DNA from: Dehalococcoidia bacterium
GTDB taxonomy: Bacteria > Chloroflexota > Dehalococcoidia > SZUA-161
Assembly: GCA_036446335.1 (NCBI GenBank)
Contig: JAZFSU010000142.1
Coordinates: 1-34,210 of the forward strand
Length of the DNA: 34,210 bases
Direction: 5' to 3'
Shown piece by piece: positions 1 to 9,582 of this stretch. The notes under the pieces are model-generated. The model worked only from the letters and a program-made list of their open reading frames with translations, ran no database searches and was not told where the DNA came from. Within the stretch, counting starts at the first letter, position 1. Every line of letters starts with the position of its first letter. The position numbers and the translations under genes were made by a program.

Positions 1-129
1 ATGGCTACGAGTTGATCGCCTATTGTCTCATGCCAGACCACCTGCACATTCTGGTTCAAGCAGGAGAGAGTCCAAAGGACCTGAGCCAATTCGTTCGAGG
101 GTTCAAGTCCTATTGCACCACCATCACTC

Positions 130-156
130 GTAGCGTCGCCACTCCGGCGGCGACGA
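130..156 (+). repeat. REP-like element (GTAG + imperfect palindrome) inside the RAYT coding sequence
   Basis: GTAG CGTCGCC actccggc GGCGACG A: GTAG tetranucleotide directly followed by a 7-bp perfect stem. Confidence 0.55.
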
Positions 157-304
157 ACTCAAGGTTGTGGCAAAGGGGTTTCTACGAGCACGTCTTGCGC
201 AAAGAAGAGGACATCGAAGGTGTTGCCGAGTATGTTCTAAACAATCCTGTGAGGAATGGCCTGACATCGGTTCAGGGCCAACACGAATGGTGCGAGCTTG
301 TTCC

Positions 305-331
305 TCGTTGTGACAGAAATCACGACGCTTC
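305..331 (-). repeat. Second REP-like element, inverted, at the RAYT 3' end
   Basis: Minus strand GAAG CGTCGTGA TTTCTG TCACAACG A. Same G(T/A)AG-CGTCG-N12-C(G/A)ACGA layout as 130-156. Confidence 0.45.
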
Positions 332-373
332 ATAGATGATGACCGACACTACAGCGCCGGAGGAGACACACAA

Positions 374-1249
374 ATGGCTGAAGCAAGACTAGCAGTAATC
401 GGGGGAAGCGGACTCTACGAGATAGAGGGATTGAGCGACATTGAAGAGGTCAAAGTCAAGACCCCGTTCGGCGACCCCAGCGACACTATCGTGCTGGGAT
501 CCTTGGGAGGGGCGAGGATCGCCTTCTTGCCCAGACACGGCCGCGGGCATCGAATCCTGCCAACTGAACTGCCCGTGCGAGCGAACATTTGGGCTCTGAA
601 GTCACTCGGGGTCGAGTACATAGTCTCCGTGAGCGCGGTGGGCAGCCTCAAAGAGGACGTCCAGCCTCTCGACATCGTTATCCCCGACCAGATCATCGAT
701 CGCACGAAGAGCCGTGTGCACACATTCTTCGGCGAAGGCATCGTGGTGCATTGCACTTTTGCCGATCCCTTCTGCACAGCGTTGAGCCAACTGCTTTATC
801 AGGCAGCCAACCGTCACGGAGGGACGCAGGGGCCACGCGTGCACCCCGCGGGAACCTATGTGGCGATGGAAGGGCCCTTCTTCTCTACCAGAGCAGAGTC
901 CAACCTCTACCGCTCCTGGGGGGCCAGCGTGATCGGCATGACTGCCCTTCCCGAGGCCAAGCTGGCACGAGAAGCTGAGATGTGCTATGCCACCATCGCT
1001 TGCGTTACGGACTACGATTGCTGGCACGAAGTACACGAGTCGGTCAACATCGACATGATAGTCGCAAACCTGATGCAGAGCGTAGACACAGCCAAGGAGA
1101 TAATCAAGAGTGCGAGCGCCCAGCTTCCGGCGCGAAGGGAGTGCGGTTGCGCCACCGCACTCAAAGATGCTATCATTACGTCGAAGGAAGCGATTCCCCC
1201 CAACAGGAAGCAGGAGCTCGCTCTATTGATAGGAAAATACCTGGAATGA
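374..1249 (+). CDS. mtnP: S-methyl-5'-thioadenosine phosphorylase
   Basis: IGGSG, TPFG.PS, FLPRHG.GH, MEGP.FSTRAES, GMT..PEAKLAREA, TDYDCW motifs; GGAGGAG RBS. Confidence 0.95.
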   Translation: MAEARLAVIGGSGLYEIEGLSDIEEVKVKTPFGDPSDTIVLGSLGGARIAFLPRHGRGHRILPTELPVRANIWALKSLGVEYIVSVSAVGSLKEDVQPLDIVIPDQIIDRTKSRVHTFFGEGIVVHCTFADPFCTALSQLLYQAANRHGGTQGPRVHPAGTYVAMEGPFFSTRAESNLYRSWGASVIGMTALPEAKLAREAEMCYATIACVTDYDCWHEVHESVNIDMIVANLMQSVDTAKEIIKSASAQLPARRECGCATALKDAIITSKEAIPPNRKQELALLIGKYLE

Positions 1250-2289
1250 GCAAAGATAGGTTTGAGTTCAATGGCCTGCCTACGGCCATTGGCAGCATGC
1301 CGCACGTTGATGCGAAGGAAGCTTGTTCCGTGGTCCTGGCCCATCTCCCCGAGATCCCTGTCTGGCCACAACTGCCCGCAAGGTCCTTTCACGAGAATAT
1401 GTATGCCCAGTACAGCGAGGGATTCCCAGGGGTGATACTGGAAGAGGAACGCATATGGGTGGACCGCACGCTGGACCTGAGCGAGCCCCTCGAGAAGCTC
1501 TATGCTGCATATCTGGAGGGCAGCACGGATCAGGCGGCTTTCGGCGACGACTACGCTGGGGGCTTCCGCATCTTCCTCGACACAGCGGGCAAGAACGGCG
1601 AGAAGGCGATCAAGGGGCAAGTGACCGGCCCCATCAGCTTCGGGTTGGCGGTTACCGACCAGAACAAGCGCCCACTGCTCTACGACGACGTCCTCGCTGA
1701 CGCCATCGCCAGGCATCTCAGGCTCAAGGCTTCGTGGCAGGAACAGGCTCTCAGGAGGATTTTCCCGACCACCATAATCTCCATCGATGAGCCCTACCTT
1801 TCTTCACTTGGCTCGGCGTTCGTGTCTATACCTCGCGAGCAGGTGATAGCTCTTCTTGAGGAGGTCCTGGGAGGGATAAGCGGCCTCAAGGCGATTCATT
1901 GCTGCGGCAACACGGACTGGGCAATGCTGCTGCAAACCTCTATCGACATTCTCAGCTTCGACGCCTACTCCTATGGGGAGGCGTTGAGCCTCTATCCGAC
2001 CGAGGTCGGGGAATTCCTCGACCGAGGCGGAGTCATCGCCTGGGGAATCGTCCCCAACGACGAACAGACTCTGGCCAGCGAAACGGAAGTGGGTCTTGTG
2101 AGTCGGTTGAGCGACGCAATGGCGTTGCTCTCCAAGAAGGGTATTGACCTCCACACGATCCAATCGCAATGTCTGATCACGCCGTGCTGCGGGTTAGCAT
2201 CGATCTCTCTGGAGGCGGCGGCCAGAGCCCTTGAGTTGACCAGCCTGGTCTCAGCAGAATTCAGGAAGAGTATCAACGTACACGCCTGA
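1246..2289 (+). CDS. Catalytic-domain-only ('core') cobalamin-independent-type methionine synthase, 347 aa
   Basis: ATG overlaps the mtnP stop (ATGA). TAIGSMPH, WPQLP, KGQVTGP, IDEP, Zn-ligand HCC, SFD, AWGIVP, LITPCCGL; no N-terminal folate-binding half. The true start is 1246, not 982. Confidence 0.85.
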   Translation: MSKDRFEFNGLPTAIGSMPHVDAKEACSVVLAHLPEIPVWPQLPARSFHENMYAQYSEGFPGVILEEERIWVDRTLDLSEPLEKLYAAYLEGSTDQAAFGDDYAGGFRIFLDTAGKNGEKAIKGQVTGPISFGLAVTDQNKRPLLYDDVLADAIARHLRLKASWQEQALRRIFPTTIISIDEPYLSSLGSAFVSIPREQVIALLEEVLGGISGLKAIHCCGNTDWAMLLQTSIDILSFDAYSYGEALSLYPTEVGEFLDRGGVIAWGIVPNDEQTLASETEVGLVSRLSDAMALLSKKGIDLHTIQSQCLITPCCGLASISLEAAARALELTSLVSAEFRKSINVHA

Positions 2290-2339
2290 CGACAGCTGAG
2301 GCAGTACCAAGCCAGCTGGAACATCCTGAAGGAGGAATT

Positions 2340-3611
2340 ATGAGCCCCAGGGCAAGACGACTTGGCAGAGGCGTGGCTCTGGTAGGCGCCGGGATGTCAA
2401 AATTCGGCGCCTTTCCCGACAAGAGCAGCCGCGATCTGTTTGTAGATGCATTCACCGCCATGGCCAAGTCGGTTGACAAAGGGGTCGACCCCAAAGACAT
2501 CGATGCCCTCTACATCGGGAACTTTTCGAGCGACCTGTTCGAGGGGCAAGGACATATCGCGCCCATCGTTGCAGACTGGGTGGGACTGGTCCCGAAGCCA
2601 GCCACCAGGGTGGAGGACGCCTGTGGCAGCGGCGGCGTTGCCATACGAGAGGGCATCATCGCCATAGCATCCGGCATCTGCGACGTTGTCCTGGTCGGCG
2701 GCACCGAGAAGATGACAAACCTTCCCACAGAACGAGTGACCGATACGCTGGCGGCAGCCAGTGACACGATATATGAAGGTGCGTGCGGTTTCACCTTTCC
2801 CGCGCTATACGCTGCCATGGCTACCGCATACATGGCCAAGCATGGTGCCAGTGTGGAGCACCTGATGAAGGTCGGGATCAAGAACCACAACAATGGTGCT
2901 CTCAACCCGAAGGCCCAGTTCAACAGGTCCATCAGGAATCTCATGGATTCCAGGATCGAAAAGGCAAAGCAAAAGGGGGAGCCAGTCCCCAGCTGGCGCG
3001 ACGAGCTCGACTTCCTCAAAGATCCCAAGGCCAATCCCATCGTTGCCTGGCCGATGAGGCTCTTTGACTGCTCCCCCATCACCGACGGGGCTGCCTGTGT
3101 CCTGCTGGTCGCGGAGGACCTGGCCAAGAACTTCTCCGACAACCCCATCTACATCACCGGCACCGGCCAAGGCAGTGATCACGCCCTGCACGAGCGGGAG
3201 GACATGACGTCGATACAGGCGGCAAAGATCGCAGCTCGTGACGCCTACGAGATGGCAGGAGTCGGGCCCGATGACATCCAAATCGCCGAGGTCCACGACT
3301 GCTTCACGATTGCCGAGCTCGTGGCTATCGAGGACCTGGGCTTCTTCAAGGCCGGCGAGGGATACAAGGCAACGGAGCAGGGGCTCACGGCTCGTGACGG
3401 TGCCCGGCCCATCAATACTTCAGGGGGCCTCAAGTCCAAAGGGCATCCCGTGGGAGCTTCCGGAGTGGGACAGGTTGTCGAGATATGGACTCAAATGAGA
3501 GGCGAAGCCGGTCCGAGACAAGTACCGGGAAAAGAGATCCGTCGCGCCTTGACGCACAACGTCGGCGCTACCGGTGGAAGCTGTGTCGTTCACATCTTCG
3601 AGAGGAGATAA
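2340..3611 (+). CDS. SCP2/archaeal-type thiolase (acetyl-CoA C-acyltransferase family)
   Basis: RVEDACGSG (nucleophilic Cys), EVHDCF, GGLKSKGHPVGASG, C-terminal THNVG; AAGGAGG RBS. Confidence 0.9.
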   Translation: MSPRARRLGRGVALVGAGMSKFGAFPDKSSRDLFVDAFTAMAKSVDKGVDPKDIDALYIGNFSSDLFEGQGHIAPIVADWVGLVPKPATRVEDACGSGGVAIREGIIAIASGICDVVLVGGTEKMTNLPTERVTDTLAAASDTIYEGACGFTFPALYAAMATAYMAKHGASVEHLMKVGIKNHNNGALNPKAQFNRSIRNLMDSRIEKAKQKGEPVPSWRDELDFLKDPKANPIVAWPMRLFDCSPITDGAACVLLVAEDLAKNFSDNPIYITGTGQGSDHALHEREDMTSIQAAKIAARDAYEMAGVGPDDIQIAEVHDCFTIAELVAIEDLGFFKAGEGYKATEQGLTARDGARPINTSGGLKSKGHPVGASGVGQVVEIWTQMRGEAGPRQVPGKEIRRALTHNVGATGGSCVVHIFERR

Positions 3612-3614
3612 TTT

Positions 3615-4025
3615 TTGGCTGACGAAAGAGAGATCAACAGCGCCTCCTTCTATCAGTATCTTGGTGAGAAGAAGCTCATGGCTTCAAGATGCAGGAAGTG
3701 CCAGGCCCTGTACCTGCCACCCCACTCCCTCTGTGCAAAATGCAGGGGGGATGACATGGAATGGGTAGAGATGAAGGGGAATGGCAAGCTAGCGGCCTTC
3801 GCAGCCATATCGGTGGGCCCGACAAGCACCATTGAGGAAGGCTATGATCGAAACAACCCGTACCTGGTGGGGATCGTACAGCTGGACGAAGGCCCCAAGA
3901 TAAGCGCCCGTGTTCTTGGGATCGATCCCGGGAAGCCTGAGAGCATCAAGATCGGGACTCCCCTCACAGTGGAGTTCCTGGAGCCGGCGGAAGGCAAGAC
4001 GACCTACGTGGCGTTCAAGGCCTGA
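3615..4025 (+). CDS. DUF35 Zn-ribbon/OB-fold protein (thiolase partner)
   Basis: CRKC...PP...CAKC Zn ribbon, GKL, PYLVGIVQLDEGP, IGTPL; TTG start 3 nt after the thiolase stop. Confidence 0.9.
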   Translation: MADEREINSASFYQYLGEKKLMASRCRKCQALYLPPHSLCAKCRGDDMEWVEMKGNGKLAAFAAISVGPTSTIEEGYDRNNPYLVGIVQLDEGPKISARVLGIDPGKPESIKIGTPLTVEFLEPAEGKTTYVAFKA

Positions 4026-4059
4026 CGGATATGGGTCAACAGGTATCAAGGAGCGACAG

Positions 4060-5223
4060 ATGAGAGAAGTAGCGGTTGTTGGCGTAGGCATGACCAAGTT
4101 CGGTCCTTCGGAGAAGACCAATGTCGAGCTCTTCTCCGAAGCTGCGATGGAGGCCATAACCGAGTCGAATCTTGTCCCAAAGGACATCCAGGCGTTGTTC
4201 CTGGGGAACGTATTCTGCGGCTTCGAGGAGGGGCAGGTAACATTATCATCTTTCGCCGCCGCTGACATTGGGATACCCTACATCCCTACCACCAGATTCG
4301 AGGGCGCGTGTGCATCAGGTTCGGTAGCTATCCGAGACGCCTACATGTGGGTTGCCTCGGGGTTCTATGACGTCGTTCTTGCCGGCGGCACAGAGAAAGC
4401 ACTGGCAATGGGGACTCCCTATGCCACGCGGACCTTCGCCATGGGAAGCGACAGCCGTTACGAAGGCCCCACTGGAGTGACCTTTCCCGGCATTTTCGCT
4501 ATGATGGCACACCTGTACGCCAGCAAGTACGGCATACCACTGCAGAAACTCAAGGAGCAGATGGCTGCGGTAGCAGTCAAGAACCACCGCAATGGCATAT
4601 TCCACCCCAAGGCCCACTTCCGGAAAGAGATAACGCAGGACACTGTGTTCAACAGCATCATGGTCGCGGACCCGCTCCAGCTTTTCGATTGCTGTCCGTT
4701 CTCCGACGGAGCCGCGGCGGTAGTCCTGACCTCCGCGGACAGGGCCAAGCAGCTGACCGACAAGCCGGTCTACTTCGCCGGAGTAGGACAGTGCTCCGGT
4801 CCGCCTCTGCACAACCAGAAGGATATCACGCGGATCAAGGCTCGAGAGATATCGGCAAAGCAGGCCTATGACATGGCCGGGCTCGGCCCCAGCGATATTG
4901 ACATGTGCGAACTCCACGACTGTTTCACCATGGCAGAGATAGCGGCCACCGAGGGCCTCGGCTTCTTCGACTTCGGCGAAGGAGGCAAGGGCGTGGAAAG
5001 TGGCGAGACCCGGATCGGAGGCAGGATACCGATAAACCCGTCGGGAGGGCTCAAAGCGCGCGGACACCCGATCGGGGCCACCGGTGCGGCTCAGGTCTAC
5101 GAGATAGCGAAGCAGCTGAGGGGCGAGTGCGGGGAGAGGCAGGTGGAGGGAGCACGGATCGGAATGACGGATACCCTTGGCGCTGATCTCGCACTGGTCT
5201 GCAATATGATCTTCAGAATATGA
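4060..5223 (+). CDS. Second SCP2/archaeal-type thiolase, 387 aa
   Basis: MREVAVVGVGMTKFG start with AAGGAG RBS; RFEGACASG, ELHDCF, GHPIGATG; atypical C-terminal TDTLG. Confidence 0.9.
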   Translation: MREVAVVGVGMTKFGPSEKTNVELFSEAAMEAITESNLVPKDIQALFLGNVFCGFEEGQVTLSSFAAADIGIPYIPTTRFEGACASGSVAIRDAYMWVASGFYDVVLAGGTEKALAMGTPYATRTFAMGSDSRYEGPTGVTFPGIFAMMAHLYASKYGIPLQKLKEQMAAVAVKNHRNGIFHPKAHFRKEITQDTVFNSIMVADPLQLFDCCPFSDGAAAVVLTSADRAKQLTDKPVYFAGVGQCSGPPLHNQKDITRIKAREISAKQAYDMAGLGPSDIDMCELHDCFTMAEIAATEGLGFFDFGEGGKGVESGETRIGGRIPINPSGGLKARGHPIGATGAAQVYEIAKQLRGECGERQVEGARIGMTDTLGADLALVCNMIFRI

Positions 5224-5242
5224 TCTCTCAAGAGGTAGAGCA

Positions 5243-5647
5243 ATGGAATACAAACTGACAGCCAAGATGTACGCCGAGGCACTCATGGAGAATAGGCTGC
5301 TCGGCCTGAAGTGCAGCCACTGCGGGGCCTACACCGTGCCCCCAAAGAAAGTGTGTATGGAGTGCACCAGCGAGGACCTCGAGATCGTGGAACTGGCTGG
5401 CAAGGGACAGATTCGAACGTTCACCGTGATTCAGGTGCCGCCGGAGGGATTCGACGCGCCCTACATAGTTGGCATGGCCGAACTCGATGAAGGCCCCTGG
5501 CTAATGGGGAACATAGTGGACGTCGACCCAGCCAAAGCGACATTGGACTTGATCGGGAAGAACGTGAAGGTGGGACACAAGGTGCATCCAGGCGACAAAT
5601 TCTCCAACGGCGAATTGGTGGCCGTCACCTTCTCTCCACAAACCTAG
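5243..5647 (+). CDS. Second DUF35 Zn-ribbon/OB-fold protein
   Basis: CSHC...PP...CMEC, GQIRTFTVI, PYIVGMAELDEGP; GAGGT RBS. Confidence 0.9.
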   Translation: MEYKLTAKMYAEALMENRLLGLKCSHCGAYTVPPKKVCMECTSEDLEIVELAGKGQIRTFTVIQVPPEGFDAPYIVGMAELDEGPWLMGNIVDVDPAKATLDLIGKNVKVGHKVHPGDKFSNGELVAVTFSPQT

Positions 5648-5659
5648 GATGAGGGACAA

Positions 5660-5764
5660 ATGAACAAGACCAAACGAGTAGCACAACTCAAGCACCGCAT
5701 CAAGCGCAAGAAGCTGGAAGCAAAAAGGAAAGAGCTGAAAGCGGAGCAACAGGCGAACAAATAG
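5660..5764 (+). CDS. Small highly basic hypothetical protein, 34 aa (MNKTKRVAQLKHRIKRKKLEAKRKELKAEQQANK)
   Basis: Translated by hand (below the ORF-track cutoff). GAGG RBS 5 nt before the ATG, 12 nt after the DUF35 stop, co-oriented, followed by a strong hairpin. Confidence 0.65.
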   Translation: MNKTKRVAQLKHRIKRKKLEAKRKELKAEQQANK

Positions 5765-5781
5765 GAACGGCGGTCTCTGCC

Positions 5782-5805
5782 TCAAGGTCGGGGTTCCGAC
5801 CTTGA
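5782..5805 (+). terminator. Perfect 10-bp hairpin, possible terminator or pause without a U-tract
   Basis: TCAAGGTCGG-GGTT-CCGACCTTGA, 17 nt after the small ORF; no T-run follows. Confidence 0.4.
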
Positions 5806-5830
5806 CATCAGGCTGCCAATCGTCGATACT
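5802..5830 (+). promoter_or_regulatory. sigma70-type promoter for the ahcY-metK operon
   Basis: TTGACA (5802-5807), 17-bp spacer, GATACT (5825-5830); predicted TSS ~5837. Confidence 0.7.
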
Positions 5831-5836
5831 CTGTAC

Positions 5837-7209
<1,373 letters not shown>

Positions 7210-7225
7210 CTCGAAGGAGAAACAA

Positions 7226-8440
7226 ATGCCAACCACCTTTATGACATCGCCATCAATGCTGCTGACCTCTGAATCGGTCACCGAAGGCCATCCAGATAAG
7301 CTTTGCGACATGGTTTCGGACGCGGTGCTGGATTCCATCATAGGCAAAGATCCCCAGGCTAGAGTGGCCTGCGAGACCATGGCCACAACCGGCCTGATCC
7401 TCGTGGCGGGAGAGATATCCACCGACTGCTACATCGAGATACCACAGGTCGTTCGGGACACGATCTGTGAGATCGGATACACTCGCGCCAAGTACGGCTT
7501 CGATTATGAGACTTGCGGAGTCATCGTCTCGATCAAGGAGCAATCTCAGGACATATCGATGGGCGTGGACCATGCTATGGAGACCCGCGAGAAGGGGAAC
7601 GCCTCAAACGCGAAAGAGACTTTGGGTGCCGGCGATCAGGGAATGATGATAGGTTTCGCCTGCAACGAGACGCCCGAGTTCATGCCGCTGACCATGTCGC
7701 TTGCTCACAAGCTTAGCCGGCGTCTGGCCAAAGTGAGAAAGGACGAGACCCTTCCCTATCTGCGCCCCGACGGGAAATCCCAGGTGACCGTGGAGTACAG
7801 CTATGGCGTGCCAAAACGGGTGGACTCAGTGATTATCGCCGCTCAGCACGATGAGGCCACGGGCAACGACGTTATCCACCGGGACATTCAGGAGCTGGTG
7901 ATAAGTGAGATCATTCCTGCCCATCTTCTCGACAAGGAGACGAAGTACTATATCAACGCCACAGGACGCTTCGTCGTCGGCGGGCCGATGGGAGACGCCG
8001 GCCTGACCGGACGCAAGATACTGGTTGACACGTACGGAGGCATAGCGAGACACGGGGGCGGCGCTTTCTCAGGCAAGGACCCCACGAAAGTGGACCGATC
8101 CGGTGCCTATGCCGCCCGCTACGCCGCAAAGAATCTCGTTGCTGCTGGCCTCGCCGACCGCCTCGAGCTTCAGCTTTCCTATGCGATCGGCGTAGCCCAT
8201 CCAATCTCCATTTCGATCGAAACCTTCGGTACCGCCAAAGTTGATGACGAGATCATCCTGAAACTGGTCAAGGAGCACTTCGACTTCAGGCCCGGGGCGA
8301 TCATCGAGACGCTGCAGCTGCGCCGCCCCATCTACAAGCAGACCGCAGCCTACGGCCACTTCGGGCGCGACGACATTGACCTCCCTTGGGAACGCACCGA
8401 CAAGGCGGCCGAGCTGCGAGCAGAGGCTGGACTTGCCTAG
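7226..8440 (+). CDS. metK: S-adenosylmethionine synthetase
   Basis: [64 protein letters not shown]. Confidence 0.98.
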   Translation: MPTTFMTSPSMLLTSESVTEGHPDKLCDMVSDAVLDSIIGKDPQARVACETMATTGLILVAGEISTDCYIEIPQVVRDTICEIGYTRAKYGFDYETCGVIVSIKEQSQDISMGVDHAMETREKGNASNAKETLGAGDQGMMIGFACNETPEFMPLTMSLAHKLSRRLAKVRKDETLPYLRPDGKSQVTVEYSYGVPKRVDSVIIAAQHDEATGNDVIHRDIQELVISEIIPAHLLDKETKYYINATGRFVVGGPMGDAGLTGRKILVDTYGGIARHGGGAFSGKDPTKVDRSGAYAARYAAKNLVAAGLADRLELQLSYAIGVAHPISISIETFGTAKVDDEIILKLVKEHFDFRPGAIIETLQLRRPIYKQTAAYGHFGRDDIDLPWERTDKAAELRAEAGLA

Positions 8441-8458
8441 CCCTTACCAGGAGCGCAA

Positions 8459-9571
8459 GTGAAGGCGATCATACTCGTCGGCGGAGAGGGATTACGGCTG
8501 CGTCCCCTGACCTGCAAGGTGCCCAAGCCGATGGTCCCCGTTGCGAACAAGCCTTTCCTGGAGCACATGGTCGCCAACCTCAAAAGACACAACATCGACG
8601 AGATCATTCTGGCAATCTGCTATCTCCCGGACCGCATCCAGCACCACTTTGGAGACGGCAGCGGTTTCGGCGTCAGCCTGACATATGCGTTTGAGGAGTC
8701 CCCGCTTGGGACCGGCGGGGCGGTGAAGAACGCGGAGCCATTCCTGCAGGACACGTTCGTGGTGCTCAACGGCGACATATTCAACGACATCGACCTTACC
8801 GACATGATAGAGTTCCACAGGCATCACCAGGCAACAGCCACCATAGCTCTCACTCCGGTGAGTGATCCTACCGCATACGGCGTAGTCGAGACCGACGCGC
8901 GGAACTGCGTCAAGTGCTTCATCGAAAAGCCGAGCCGGGAGAGAGTGACCTCCAATCTCATCAACGCCGGCACCTACGTTCTGGAGCCAACGGTACTTGG
9001 CCTCATACCGTCCGGCGTCCACAGCATGTTGGAGCGCGGGCTTTTCCCGACGTTGGTTGAGCAGAAAAAACCTTTCTTTGGCTATCGGTCCAACGCGTAC
9101 TGGATTGACATAGGCACACCCTCGGACTACTTGAAGCTACATCACGATGTTCTCATGGGCAAGGCCATGGCCCGCTTCCCCGGCAAGTCCATGGCCGACG
9201 ATGTATGGGTGGAGGATGGTTGCGAGATACATCAATCAGCGAAAATCATCGGACCTGTGGTTATCGGCAGAGGCTGCACAATCGAGCGAGACGTGCGGAT
9301 CTCGGGGCCTGCGGTTCTTGGGGACGGATGCAGCATAGGGCAGGGCAGCACTATCGATGAGGCCGTGCTGTGGAGAGACGTCAGGCTCGGCACCGATGCC
9401 ACAGTCAGAAGCAGCGTAGTGGGCAACAACAGTGATATTGGCGATGGCACCTGGATAGCTGACGGCTCGATCATAGGCGACAGCACAACGATCGGCAGCT
9501 CCAATCGCCTGGAGCACGGGATCAGGATCTGGCCTGAGAGCACCATCGCGGACAACGCAATCTCATTCTAG
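8459..9571 (+). CDS. NDP-sugar pyrophosphorylase, probably mannose-1-phosphate guanylyltransferase (N-terminal NTase + hexapeptide repeats)
   Basis: AIILVGGEGLRLRPLT...PKP, EESPLGTGG, LNGD, FIEKP, INAGTY, YWIDIGTP; C-terminal left-handed beta-helix repeats. Confidence 0.88.
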   Translation: MKAIILVGGEGLRLRPLTCKVPKPMVPVANKPFLEHMVANLKRHNIDEIILAICYLPDRIQHHFGDGSGFGVSLTYAFEESPLGTGGAVKNAEPFLQDTFVVLNGDIFNDIDLTDMIEFHRHHQATATIALTPVSDPTAYGVVETDARNCVKCFIEKPSRERVTSNLINAGTYVLEPTVLGLIPSGVHSMLERGLFPTLVEQKKPFFGYRSNAYWIDIGTPSDYLKLHHDVLMGKAMARFPGKSMADDVWVEDGCEIHQSAKIIGPVVIGRGCTIERDVRISGPAVLGDGCSIGQGSTIDEAVLWRDVRLGTDATVRSSVVGNNSDIGDGTWIADGSIIGDSTTIGSSNRLEHGIRIWPESTIADNAISF

Positions 9572-9582
9572 GCAGGCACAGA

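Larger units (their letters stand above)
1..335 (+). mobile_element. REP-associated tyrosine transposase (RAYT, IS200/Y1 HUH family), 5' end outside window
   Basis: Motifs AYCLMPDHLH (HUH), FKS, LWQRGFYEHVLR, YVLNNPVRNGL (catalytic Tyr region). The frame is open back to the window start (GYELIAY...). Confidence 0.88.

Noticed and set aside
982-1245. N-terminal extension of the methionine synthase ORF
   Set aside because: Overlaps mtnP in another frame; homology starts at ATG 1246, overlapping the mtnP stop.
2293-2318. CAGCTG...CAGCTG hairpin between metE and thiolase 1
   Set aside because: Short bulged stem without a U-tract; insufficient to call a terminator or operator.
3910-4059. N-terminal extension of thiolase 2
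   Set aside because: Overlaps the DUF35 gene; the real start MREVAV at 4060 has an AAGGAG RBS.
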